NCBI GenBank assembly: GCA_030248215.1
Contig: JASANG010000957.1
Location: forward strand, 310,001 to 374,000
Direction of reading: 5' to 3'
Length of the DNA stretch: 64,000 bases
From: Enoplolaimus lenunculus
Lineage: Eukaryota
Shown: in pieces, positions 13,849 through 26,780 of the stretch
How positions within the stretch are numbered: position 1 is the stretch's first letter
How the letters are laid out: every line of letters begins with the position of its first letter
Position numbers and translations under genes: made by a program
Notes under the pieces: generated by a model
Databases searched by the model: none
What the model was told of the DNA's origin: nothing
Seen by the model: only the letters and a program-made list of their open reading frames with translations

Positions 13849-14449
13849 TCACGAACAGTATTTTTTTTTCACCTGAATTAAAACCGAATGAGCAGCTAAA
13901 AATAGTGCTTTGTTTGAATTTTCTTCAATCTCAACAGCTACTAAATTTTCAGTATCGTTAATTATTATTGACGCAGCAGCTTCCGTACTTCCATCTGAAA
14001 TAAATAATTGAATCCACGTATTATGTCATATTGTCCTGTTTTGCCAGTAAATATACGGATAAAAGTCAAAACGCGCTATACAACGAAACGATTACTACCG
14101 TCCAAGACCAAATACGTTCGGCGACTTAAGTATTTAGTATCAAAACAATGAACAATTGGCTTGACGTGTTAAGTAATTATATAACTATTTTATCGTTTTT
14201 AAAAGCTTACTTAAAGTCAAGTAAATTCTTAAGTTGCTGATTAAGTTTGAACCTTGGTCTAACTGACATTGTAGACTCATGGTACCTTTTTAACATACAA
14301 TAAATTTATTATATACTTCTTTGTTATGTCGGTCCCTCACATTTGGCCTTTTTCTCTCTTAGTGTAAACAGTTAACGTGCGACTTAACTGCTTACTTAAG
14401 AATATAATAAGTAAATACTTAAGTAAGATTTCAGAAACCCAGCCACTCA

Positions 14450-14484
<35 letters not shown>

Positions 14485-17400
14485 TTGTCAAACATGTACC
14501 TACTTAAAAACTATAATGGGTCTTGATGCAATGGATACGGCTTGTGAAAATTTCGGGTTATAATAGAAAGCTACGTCAACCGAAAAAAATGCCAATTTGA
14601 AGCACGCTTACAAACCTGAACAAAGCGCGACTAACTGATTTCTTTTTCTGCAAATGCTTTTCCAAATGCTTTTCGAGTTTCCCAGTTTCTGAACTGCCCA
14701 AATTTATCTAGGACTAGAGACAGAGTTAAAAGCGGATAGCGGGTCTTACCGTCATTTTCTTTCATCACTTCGAGTGATTTGCTCCATCCCATTTGTCGAC
14801 ATAACTTGTTTAAGAACAATTTATGTTTATTCGCTGGCGATTCTGCTGCAATGTCCATATCAGTTAAATCCAAAAGCGCTTGACATTTGTTTCCTGTATT
14901 CGCCTCAGTTTGTTTCAGATCACCAATACCATCCAATGACAACGAAGTGTTCGTTATACTATTGTCCAATGAACGGACACCATTTACTGGATTTAAATGA
15001 GCCAATGGTTGAATAGTTTGTTCAGATCCAATCACAATCGCTGGAGATGTCGCATGACTACTGCAATCTGATTGATTAGAATTACCCTGTTCATTTTTCG
15101 TTTCAACAATTTTGAGCTTGCTCACAGATTCGGATAGATCATTTTCTGCCGACGTTGACTCACACGTTGAATGTTGTTCACTCGTATTACTTCGCTGAAA
15201 CTAGTATACGTACTCAAATGACCGGCACCAGCATTTCTTGATAGCTGGATATACTTTGATAAATATCTAGCGTGAAGTTAGCACCAAATAGCTGTGTTTA
15301 AATGTTAAGCTACGCCTAACCAAACTCGGCTGACGATTTATAATTGAGCGAAGCGAAACTCCGAGCGAAGCTCGGAGTTTCGCGAACCGTTTTATGTTTT
15401 GTACTTGGGGGTCGAAAGGTGGATGTCCGTCCGTCCGTCTGTCCGTCCGAAAAGAATCTCAGGAACGGCTGAACCGATTTTGATAAACTTTTTTTTGTTT
15501 GAAAGCCAATTATCCTGGAGTGTTAACCTCGCATTGAGGTTTTAAAATTGCAAGCCGTTTAGTAGCTACAGGCTAATTTGCATAATTAATTAAGCCTAAA
15601 TTAGGACTTTCCATAATATTTCACTAATTATTACAGTTAGAAGCAATCTAATTTTAGCATTAAAGGGTTTTGAGGTGCGAGGAATCTGCGTACACTGTTT
15701 ACAAACCTCCAAAACCGATGATTGAGCAGTTAGCTAATAGATAATTTGCATATTAGTATAGGTTATAAGCCTAAATTAGGACTTTTTACAATATTTCACT
15801 AATTATTAAGGCTAAAAGCAATATAATTTCAGCACTAAAGGGTTATTAGGTGCATGGAATTTGAATAAATAGTTTACAAACATTCAAAACCGATAATTGA
15901 ATAGTTAGCTAATACCTAATTTGCATATTAGCTTAATTAACAAGGCAAAACTATGACTTTTTAAATTATTTCAATAATTTTTAGGGTTCACTGAAGGTTT
16001 TTGGGTGCGAGGAATCTGAATAAATCGTTTACAAACCTCCAACACCGATAATTGAATAGTTAGCTAATAGTTAATTCGCATATTAGCTTAATTGAGAAGA
16101 CAAAATTAGGACTTTTTAAATTATTCCAAAAATTATAGGGCGGCTGAAGGGTTTTTGGGTGCGAGGAATCTGACGAAGTTGCTTACAAACTTCCAAAACC
16201 GATAAATGAATAGTTAGCTAATAACTAATTTGCATATTACCTTAATTGCTTACGTGTGTTCGAGGTTCGCTCAATAAATGTAGTCCCACTACGACTGGTA
16301 TTATATACGATTACGATTCAAATACGAAAATACAATTACGGACAGACATGAGGAGCAGAAAAGCAAACATTAATCAAGCTAGTTTATCACTGCTCATCTT
16401 GAAACAATTTTGATCCTACAACGGTTTAAGTAAATATTTTGTCTTTTCTACAATTGTAGAATATCGGAACCGGGTGATGATTTTTCGCGCAGCCAGATCT
16501 GTTTCGCACCTATGTGTGGGCTTTGTTGTATACACTTCAAACATTGCGCTATACATACACTAAGAAGCGGCCTCATAATCTAGTAGCAATATTATTATTA
16601 TTATTAATATTAGTATTATTATTTATATATTTCATAGCTCCCTGCCGTCAAAGTGCCCTTACTCTGCTGATACATGACACTGATGTCATTCGCTGTATGA
16701 CGCTAGCTGAATATATTAGTAAATGAATCATTACACAAACATGGTTTCGTGTAACAACATAACAATATGCTACAGTTATGAACATGTAAATAGTATAAAT
16801 GTTGGTACAACGTTTATAGCGACCATTTTTTCGCTTCATAGCTTTGAATTCAACAAATCTTAGTCATTCGAAATTTTAAAAACTGAGTACATACGACTTT
16901 AGCCTGGAAGAAAACACATCTGATGATGGCGCGTCCCATTACGTACGTAGCGCTGTAGTTACACAGCGCGCAGAGCCGTTTTCGGCTCTCAAAAATTAGT
17001 TCGCCCCCTGGGCGAACGATTGCTTGTCCGAACGGCAATCTCTACGTAACCCCTTAATTTGTCTAACAATCTTCTGGCCGGTCTTCCAGAAAAGGTTGCT
17101 CAACCATTGACGCAACAACGACCACGACATTGTCTAAGCGACTGCCATAAAACTTCGCTTCCCCTGGCCAAATTATATGCGCAGTGCTAAATAATAACCG
17201 GACTGGATGCAAAATATTTAAAATTTCAAAGAATTTTTCCTGTAATATATTATCTATAACAAACATATTTCACCAGTCATAGTGGAACTAAATTTGATTG
17301 ACGAAACCCGACCTATAATAACTAATAAGCGCTGCTTCAATCATTACCATGAATAATATGCCAATTATATAGTAGCTAGCAAATTTTTAAGTGTGTTAAT

Positions 17401-20400
17401 TTCTAAGTGCGGTGGTATAGCTAATATGCTAATTAGTGAGCATTTAGTTACTTAAATATGAGTTTAATAAGAGTTATAAAGAATTATTCCACGTCCCCGT
17501 TACAAAGACCTAAACCCAATAATTAGCTAGACATATAATGTGTGAAGCCCTTATTTTAGCTTAACTACCTAAATATGCAAACAAGCCTATAATTAACCAA
17601 TTTTTTGAATTTTAAAACCCCAATGCAAGGATAGCAACCCATGATAATAAACTTTCAAGCGAAAAAAAAGTTCATCAAACCCGTTAGTCGGTTAGTAAAA
17701 CCCTATCCAGTTTCTGCAGCGAGAACTTGCAGCTGCAACTTGCACTTACAGGTTTTGTCCAAAATCTCGTTCAAAAAACTTGCAACTGCAAAATTCATTA
17801 AATTCATTAAAAATCATAGCTAGGAAATCAGTTCACATGTGTGACTAACCATGCAAGTTCAACGAATTTATTGCAGCTGCTTTCTCATTGGCTGATAAAA
17901 ACTTCAAGTTCTGCGTGCAATTTGCAGCTGCATGTTCTCGCAGCAAAAACTTGCACGTGTGACTAGAGCTTAAGAAATCTGTCGGACGAACACGCACCTT
18001 TAGACCCTCGAGTACAAAACAAAAACGATTTGGCGTAACCCTAAGTTTCGTTTGAAGTTTTGCACCGCTCAATAAAACATCCAAAATAGAGGACACATTT
18101 ACAATTTTGTAGTGAAACTATTCAGCGCAAAAATTGCGTTTGGCTATTTCGCTCGAGCGCTTTTGTTTACTACTATACAACATGCGACCCGAAGTTAGAT
18201 ATTTCTGGATCCGACACTGTTTATGCCACGTTGAATATCTAATGCTAACCTCAACATCTGTAATTGCAGGTAACCCTGTGGTAGCCGCTTCAACCATCAC
18301 AAGTTGCGCCAGCTGTTCTTCTGATAAGCTGTCAAGGATTGTCAATACTCGCTCGGCTGCGATTTTCTTTGCAGCTTTTTTGCTTTTATCTTCGCCTAAA
18401 ACACTACACTTAATTATTAATATTACTTTAATATAACAACGACCGAAACAGTAGTTAATCATACAAACATTAAAAATGTGAAACAGTAAAAAATGACGTA
18501 AATTAGATATAGAACTAGCGTTGATCCAGGATTTTGCGAATTAGGAATGATTTTTGGTATATTGTTGCGAAAATATAAAACCTAAAACCCGCAGTACCCC
18601 AAATTTTTAGCAACGTCCAATAAAAATTTTCTGCCAAGAAACGGAAAGGGTATGACTTGTCAGTTTTGTCGTGTCTTCTGTATCCGCCCTTGTATAGGAC
18701 AATTTTATTACGTGTTCACATAAGTTTCACTTACCTTGATCGGTATATGGTCCAACACGGCAACGGACAACAAACATTCGTGCATGTGGCGGCCCAGACT
18801 CGGATACATTATCATACACAGGCATCGGATACTTTCGTTGCTGACATCTTTCGTGCAAACGACCGACCGTATTTGGACCTTAAATATAAATCATACTTAT
18901 TTTACAGCAGTGGTTTGTGGTTTGATGCACCAGAGTGACACAGAACAGAAGGAGTATACGTATATTACAAGCAGTGAAATCTATGCCAGCCGTACCCAGA
19001 CAGGCATGCCAGGGAAAAAACTTAATCTGTTCTTGCAAAGCTCGACAATAACTCTTAAAAAGCATGCAACTTACCAACGTCGTGTTCCGGTTTCGAAGGT
19101 TCAAGCTTCGTGATTACATCCCGGTCCGCACCTTATAGCTTATCCGCTTGTTCCAACCTTGCTATTTAAAATAGCTAGTTTTACATTGTCCTTCTGCTTT
19201 TAACAGAGTGAAGCTTGATTGTGTTTTTGCTAATTATTTTTATTTGATGTCAAAACTTATTATACAAAAAACGAATTTCGTCAGTAAACGGAGCGTTATA
19301 AGTGAGTTTCCGTAATAGTTCCGGTTCATGTTCCAGGTTTAACATGTTCTGATCATGGATTTTGCAAGTCAATTCCAGTTGAACCCTGCTCTACTTAATA
19401 TATACATAATTCTAAACATATATCCGGTGTCCGTTTACCTGAAGGTTGCTGTGCTGGTACCATGAACGATACGCCATTCACTTCAACTTCTTCTTCGCCT
19501 GCAATGGCAGCATTCTTTGCGGCGACCGCATTAGTTGACTCATCAAGGTCGGGCATCAAGTTTTTACTGAATATCAAAAAATACTAATACTAAATACTGC
19601 ATTATATGTACGTCATTGGTAAGGGATTACAAAGAATTATAAAGAGTCCAAGAGATCATCCATAAATAAACCAAAGAGCGCAATTGCAGTAGGTCACGTT
19701 TAATGCATACTAAGCTTTATGACGTAAGCAAAAACGGTAATTGTATATAATCTCCTCAGAAAAAGTTTTCACAGACTGACAAGATTTTTTAAATACACAT
19801 AAGGTTAGAATTAGAGCAAGGCTTTGGCTTAGTAAAATAAAAACAGTAATGTGAGTGGACGATCTCATTCTATCAAATCAACAATATTAATTATGCAGTA
19901 CGTATGTACGAAAAGTAAACAATTAATTTACACGGAAAGGTAAACAGAACTTGATTGCAAGATTTTACGACACAATAATTAATCTGCAAGTGATTAATCG
20001 ATGAATCGGAAGCCGAAATTGATCCTCTAGCTTACACAAATTGCAACCTATCTTCACGAGCTACTCGCTGGATCCTCCATTCATCGGGTTCGTTTTCAAA
20101 CATTTGAATTAACACACGTTTGGCGGCTTTGTGCTTCGCAAGCTTGACCGTTTTTCCATCACCCTCTGCAGTGAATCGATTTTGACCGACAACACAACGG
20201 TATGTAAATACGGGTGCATGAACCTGAATTTTTACACTGGAATTGCAAAGATATTATATACATCACCAAATTACTACCAACTGATTACAACGAAAAAACT
20301 AATATGCTGTTTGCCGAGTTTTTTGCGTTAATCTAACAGTCAAAAACCGAAAATACCAGGACTGTGCTGTTTGAAATACTGACATTCTAACTTGTAAGTC

Positions 20401-20682
20401 TCCAGTTCGCCTTAACTCTCAATCTCTTACATATATACGTACCTGTCCGATACGACTTATTTCGTTGAACTGCGGTTTCCATGTGCCCGCTGGATCCTTT
20501 AACATTGTCACCTCCATCAGCAGAGAAAGGGGATTTTTGGACGCTAAAATGCGAGCAACTTCTTCTTCGTCTGTTACCGAATCAGCATCTTCATTAGCCT
20601 GCGCTTCACTTTGTTCTACAGACTCCTCCAAAACATCATGCGTATTTGTAGCATTTGAAGTCGCTTCATGAACGGTTTGCAT
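13849..20682 (-). CDS. Three-dsRBD protein, TRBP/Loquacious-like paralogue B (divergent), ~478 aa, 7 exons
   Basis: Exons 20682-20443, 20223-20036, 19566-19439, 18878-18735, 18395-18250, 15194-14750, 13994-13849 (1437 nt) have the same intron positions and phases as paralogue A. dsRBD1: KNPLSLLMEV...GQVHAPVFTYRCVVG...GDGKTVKLAKHKAAKRVL. dsRBD2: NTVGRLHERCQQRKYPMPVYDNVSESGPPHARMFVVRCRVG...GEDKSKKAAKKIAAERVL. Third domain is degenerate. An alternative end is possible: donor at 13873 spliced to 13042-12986. Confidence 0.85.
15338..16300 (+). mobile_element. DINE-1/HINE-like non-autonomous Helentron/Helitron-type element
   Basis: Subterminal inverted repeats ATTGAGCGAA (15343) and TTCGCTCAAT (~16266); a GTCC/GTCT microsatellite at 15425-15450; about 4 internal 155-175-bp tandem units; a 3' stem-loop GTAGTCCCACTAC. 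Reverse-oriented remnants near 17271-17700 and 20776-20815. Confidence 0.65.
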
Positions 20683-21017
20683 TATTATCAGGTAAGTTAG
20701 AAACAATTAAGCAAAATAAATAAAAAAATTTCTTATACCAATCTTCTAAATAAATGAATTTCAAAATAAAAGTAGACCACTTGTAGTGGAACTACATGTA
20801 TTCAGCGAAGCTCGGACATATATTATACTTCTAGGGTTTTCTTAGTGGTAGGGAAAGGGCACCCACATCCGACATCCCCCCTCACTGCCAACCCAGGTGA
20901 CACCTCTCTCCTACATTTTGGGCTTGCGCCGGCAAAAATTGAATGCATAAAACATATGTTTACTGATAACGTTCCATTTCAATCAAGTTGGTAGCAACAG
21001 AGTAAACCAGTACCAGT

Positions 21018-21401
21018 CAGGGTGCAACCGGAATTCCGGTTCCGGTTCCGGCATTTTTTCACCTTCCGGTTCCGGTAAATTTTTACCGGATTTAAGAATT
21101 CCGGTATTATAATTTGGCCGTTTCCTTAACTTTGCTAATTTTTAAGAATCTCTTTTGAAAGCCACTTGTACTCCGAATATAAGCCATTGATGGTGGATTT
21201 CACTTCAGTCGATGATGAAAATCCAAAATACAACAAATAAAATAAATACCTATGTTCGACTAAGGTTATTTCACAAATAATAGAGCAAAAATAAGATTAA
21301 AATGAAATTTTTGGTGAAACGCATTTTTCACTTTCCGGTTCCGGTTCCGGTAAAATTTTCAAATTCCGGTTCCGGTAAATTGTAATTCCGGTTGCACCCT
21401 G
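21018..21401 (+). mobile_element. Young hAT MITE with a perfect 8-bp TSD
   Basis: GTACCAGT|CAGGGTGCAACCGGAATT...AATTCCGGTTGCACCCTG|GTACCAGT. It is a near-identical reverse complement of 62987-63371. Confidence 0.9.
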
Positions 21402-22259
21402 GTACCAGTGTACCAGATTTTGTATTGCTACTTTTCTATTCTGGTGCTGCCAACTTGGATGTCACCAGGCACCCTTATCGAACTTAGAATTAGCGTTAAA
21501 TACATTTTGGCTACACTCGAAGACAATAAATTGCAATTTTTCATTATAAAAAATTTACATCTTTTCCCCACTTTTCGTCTCCCCCCGGCTTCTCCCCCAA
21601 TTAGAGAGTGTTTGCTCCCTAGGGAAACCCCAGTATTTATTTTTAATCAGTCTAGCGAAGCATTCACAGCTTATAAAGGACAAACACATAATTTGGCTCG
21701 TTTTATTTTTTTCTAGTCGTCCAGTTCAAAGTTTCAAACTTATCAAGCCTAATCATGAAGTAGAGGACTAATTAGCAACTGTTGAAATTTTTTATTTCAA
21801 AAATATTTACAGTCTCTATGCTCAAATACCCTATGATCCACAACACTCAATTATATAGTAAATTCGTAGATATAAGTTAGTAGCTTTACTGTCACACCTC
21901 ACATATCGAACATATACGCACGTAAATTATCGATTATCTAACTACCTAAATTGAAAGTGTTCCAGTTTCTAAACGCTATATTTATATTTCTTATGCCCAG
22001 AAACACTAAACCCAATAGCACACAAACGCTTATAAAAATGATACGGTATAGTGGGACTAAGGGGACCACATATCAAGTTACATCCACCGTAATTGTGCAA
22101 ATACTTCTAGCGGTGCTCCCAATTTGTAAGCGTATGGAGAATCCATCGAGACTGTTGAATCTTTCTGCTATCGCGGATCTATAACAAGCCCATCAACCAT
22201 TGCCCCGGCTGAAGAGATTAAGTGCAGAATCGGGCGCAGCTGTCACCTCCCAACACCTA

Positions 22260-22555
22260 AGCATGCGTTTGTAGCGTTGCCCTCGCGTCGATACAAAGAA
22301 GAAATGAAGATCTTCCATGCAAGTATAATTCCCATCCTCCGTTACGGGTTTGAAACCTGGAGTACACTTGCAGCCAATATCGCCAAGCTTGATACGTTTT
22401 ATATGAGCTGTCTGCGGGCCATCCTTTATGTCAGTCACCTTGAAAGCCTATCAGACTTGGTAATACGAGAGTGGTGCTGAAACCAACCCACGATCGTCAA
22501 CATCTTGTGTTCTTATCATCTTCGTTGGTTTGACCACGCGGTTCGGATGCCACTC
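22260..22555 (+). mobile_element. RTE-clade LINE fragment (post-RT C-terminal region)
   Basis: Translation KIFHASIIPILRYGFETW...KLDTFYMSCLRAIL...*...LRWFDHAVRMP fits the RTE C-terminal motifs LLYGxETW and LRWxGHVxRM. One in-frame stop. Confidence 0.75.
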
Positions 22556-22737
22556 CCGCCAACTAGAGATGTACCTGCAATGCACCAAAGAAGGCGTAGT
22601 TATCCCTGTAGGTGGCACAGCCATGTAAATTCCTATAAAATTACCTAAAACTGGTGGATTTGGTAATTTCTCCCCACCCTAAATACCCCTATTCTGGGCA
22701 CCGCTGGGCCTCTTAAGTATCTTTTCCTTAGTTAGGT

Positions 22738-23760
22738 CTGTAAGCATGTGAGTCATGCTGTCCTGGTGCATATGCAATAAATGCAATGCACATTGTGTTG
22801 TACAGTCGACACATATAGTCGACGAAAAATGCAGTTGGACAGGCGGGCTACGTGGCGCAGTGGTAGAGTGTTCGCGTAAGGTTTCGTAGGTTGAGAATTC
22901 AACCCCCGCTCTAGCCCGCTTTTCCAGCTGCTTAGTAAAAAGGTCTGATGTCCCGGTTCCTACCTAGACTGATATGAGGGCTACGCCGTGAGCGCAATGG
23001 TAAACTGCCGCGCTATGAACACGGTATCCAGTCGAAAATAGGATGGACGGTCAAGGGAGGACCTTGTTGAAAATAAGGGCATGTAAGCATGTGAGACATG
23101 CTTGTCCTGGTGCATATGCAATAAATGCAATGCACATTGTGTTGTACAATCGACACATATAGTCGACGAAAAATGCAGTTGGAGAGGCGGGCTACGTGGC
23201 GCAGTGATAGAGTGTTCACTTAAGGATTCGTAGGCTGAGAGTTCGGTCCCCACTCTAGCCCGCTTTTCCAGTTGCTTAGTAAAAAGGTCTGATTTCCCGG
23301 TTCCTACCTAGACTGACAAGGTCTTAAACGGCGCTTTTGATATTCGTGTACATATGTACTGCCTTCATATGCAGCAGCAGTAAAAACATGGAAGAACCAA
23401 GATAAATGTTTATAATGCTGAGGTTGTTATAAGGCATACAAACAGAAAAACACAGCAGTTGATTGTGAGGCAGCGCGGCTCAGTGGCTAGCGCGCTGGAC
23501 TAATAATCTGTCGACCGAGTTCGAAACCTTCTGGAAACGTGCCTCATTTTCAGGTGCTAACTCGAAACTAAAAACCGTCCTACCCCAGCCTACCCAACTT
23601 ATCATATGGTGACCACGATGGTACCGCAATGGCACACTACCGCGGAAGAACAAAAAATACACAAATTGGCGGTCAAGGGACGACATTGTAGAAAAACCGG
23701 GAAATGTGACATGCGGATGCATAGAGAAAACTAATGATTTCATGCAGATGCTGCACATCG
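22738..23760 (+). repeat. tRNA-derived SINE-like tandem repeat cluster (period ~343 bp)
   Basis: 22738-22972 is repeated at 23081-23315 and again at 26553-26780. Each copy has an A box (TGGCGCAGTGG or close variant) and a B-box-like motif (GAATTCAACCC, GAGTTCGGTCC, GAGTTCGATCC). A more diverged tRNA-like head is at 23470-23530. Confidence 0.65.
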
Positions 23761-24299
23761 GTAAAAAACATTGCTACGTATTCCCTATTGCCAGTATCTC
23801 CTTTACAGCTTAATTTTGACAAGATAAATATTGTACACTTCAGCGACTAAACTAGCTATGTAAATTTTGCTGGTTTTAATAATAATAATAATAATAATAA
23901 TAATAGGAAGTTCCCACCAACCACCCGGCAAAACCAACTTGGCATTACATAACTCAAAACACCCTTTTATATGTAAAAAAACGCTTAACTGAGACCACTA
24001 TACCTCAAAGTACCATAAGGATAACGCCCTAGTTGTAAGTCATGGCTCAATTTTAAACTAATAACATAAAACTGATCGAAAGATATACACATTGTAATGC
24101 CAACCTGACTTCAATTTTTTTGATTTATTTCACAGCCTCATTACGATTCATCCCTCCGGCACCACATAAATCGGAGGCTTCACTTTAGCCGTTCTCCGAG
24201 ATATGACGCACCTTGCAGGACGAAACGCACTTACCTTAGACATGTAATACATATATATTGACAAATAAAGAAAACTGAAAAAAAACGAGATATTAACAT

Positions 24300-26550
24300 G
24301 TGTACAGTTCATGGTCATCAATATTAATACACGAATAAAAACACATATAAAAGAATATTAAGTAATAGAAGAGGTCGGGAGTCCTATATAAAGGCAAAGG
24401 GGCAAATCACCCACTAACAGTGCCTTTAAATGTGGTAAAGTGTAAACAGCTATAGCAAAAACAAAAAGATGTCAGGCATTTCTTGAAAACTTCAGAAACC
24501 TTTCAAGGTTAACAAATTTCAGTCTGTGTCTGAAGAGTTTAGCATTCATAGCAGTAACAAGAGGCATATCGTTAATCGTGCTAGGTAACTGGTTCCAGAT
24601 AGGGACAACGTGAAATGCAAATGCATGCTTAGTAAGTTCTTTCATCGCCCTTGGTTGGAAAAGCTTCAACTCGTGACCACGAGTTTGAGGAATAGTCGAT
24701 CGCGTGATTAAACCAGACAAACAACGAATATCCCCGTGGACCATTTTATAGCACATGACCAAGTCAGCTACCAAGCGCCGATATTCCAGTGACTCAAGTC
24801 CTGTTATTCGTAATCTATTAAGGTAATACGGTTGCGATCTGTTGCCAACACGATACATAAGACGCCTTGTAAAATATCGTTGGACTGCTTCAACGGAATC
24901 TATATCCAAACGGGGACCACACTGGTATACAATATTCCAATAACGGTCGCACATAACTTTTATAGGCGACAAGAAACGGTTTCAAATCATTACACGTAAA
25001 AGAGCGAAACAACATATTAATATCACGATATGCACGAAAACAGATATCATTAATATATGCAGCGGGTTTCAAAGAATTTGTAATAACTATGCCTAAGTCA
25101 TTAATTTGTTCCGTAATAAAAGCATAACCGCGAATTGCCAATAAAATAAGAATCTGTAATATTAACACTACCAATCCTAAGTACTCGACATTTCTTAATC
25201 GATAACGTCAATTGCCATCGTTCACACCAGTCCATTACGGAATTTAGGTCAGTTTGAAGATGACGGAAGTCATCAGCAGATCGAATTTCATTATATAATT
25301 TGGCATCGTCCGCGAAAAAGCACAATCTTAGAATATTGAATTACATCAACTAAATCATTAATAAAAATGAGGAAAAGAATTGGCCCTAATACGGATCCTT
25401 GTGGGACACCGGAAGATACATCCCTGCAAGAGGAAAACGCATCACCAACCTTTACTCGATGTTTACGACCGGTTAGATAGTTATTCAACCACAAAATATT
25501 AAGTGGTTCCCCTACCCCATACGATTGAAGTTTCATCAGAAGTTTGTTATGAGAGACAGTATCAAACGCTTTGGCAAAATCTAAATAGATAATATCTGTT
25601 GTAATATTGTTGTCCGATGATTTGACAAAATCATGATAACTCATCAATAAATAAGTGCAGGTGGATTTATTCTTCAAAAAACCATGTGGTTTCTCACTAC
25701 TGATACCACAAGAAACAAATACATCAATGAGATGTATTTTAATGATTTTTTCCAGAACCCTGCATACAGAGCTAGTCAGTGAAATAGTTCTGTAGTTAGA
25801 CGCATCAACAGTACTGCCCTTCTTCAAGATAGGTATAACATCAGCCGTCTTCCAACTATCGGGAATGGTGCCAGTTCTCAATGACTCAGAGAAAATGACG
25901 AATAACGGAAATGCTAATTCTGCATAAAGGAGCTTTAAAAGACAATTAGGTATGCCATCAGGCGTATGAGAAGTTTTGTTTTCTAATTTGTGAAGAATAT
26001 TATCAATATCCCGAACAGTGAACGAAAGATCATTAGAGGAATTGATGAAAACAGGTGGTACATTGGTCATTGTACCATCGTCTGTGGTAAAAACAGAGGA
26101 GAACTGTTCACAGAAAATTTCAGCGACCTCATTATGATCAGATATCAAAAATCCATTTCTGTTCAAAGACCACGACATAGCGATTTGGCCGATTTGCAGC
26201 GTTTATTGATAAATCTATAAACTCTATTTTGACTCCCAGAACATAAAATATTAGATTCTCTACTACTAGTATATTGGAAAATTAGGTTTTTCGTCTTCCT
26301 TGCTTGAGCTCTATACCTTTCCATACCCAACGGATGCCGAAACCTATTTCTCCATAAAATACACTTGTGTTTAAGAGACGCTTTAATATATTGAGGATAA
26401 TGCACATTGCGAGATACATTATAACATTTCAAGGGAACAAATAGTTCAATAGCAATAAAGCAACTTAGAAACAAAACAAGACCAATAATTATTGATAGAC
26501 AAACAATTTCTGAACATGTACAACCAATTAACAGATTGCAGATAAGGTTT
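24300..26550 (-). mobile_element. Non-LTR retrotransposon (CR1/L2-group LINE), 5'-truncated, frameshifted RT pseudogene
   Basis: Overlapping ORF pieces 26163-26474, 25291-26178, 25101-25325, 24890-25174 and 24472-24972 give WKTADVIPILKKG, NYRTISLTS, YLDFAKAFDTVSH, SGVPQGSVLGPILFLIFINDL, FADDAKLY, YVRPLLEYC..VWSP, LESLEYRRLVADL and TRGH. There are at least 4 frameshifts and no endonuclease domain. Ends are approximate. Confidence 0.92.
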
Positions 26551-26552
26551 CT

Positions 26553-26780
26553 GTAAGCATGTGAGACATGCGTGTCTTAGCGCGTATGCAATAAATGCAA
26601 TGCACATTGTGGTGTACGGTCGACACATATAGTTGACGAAAAACGCAGTTGGAGAGGCGGGCGACGTGGTGCAGTGGTAGAGTGCTCGCTTAAGGATGCA
26701 TAGGCTGAGAGTTCGATCCCCGCTCTAGCCCGCTTTCCCAACTGCTTAGTGAAAGGTCTGAATTTCCGGTTCCTACCTAA
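26553..26780 (+). repeat. Third copy of the tRNA-derived SINE-like repeat, abutting the LINE 5' truncation
   Basis: High identity to 23081-23312. Confidence 0.7.

Noticed and set aside
22845..23545. Functional tRNA genes
   Set aside because: A and B boxes are present, but I could not fold convincing cloverleaves and the heads sit in longer repeated units. Treated as SINE-like; tRNAscan-SE would settle it.
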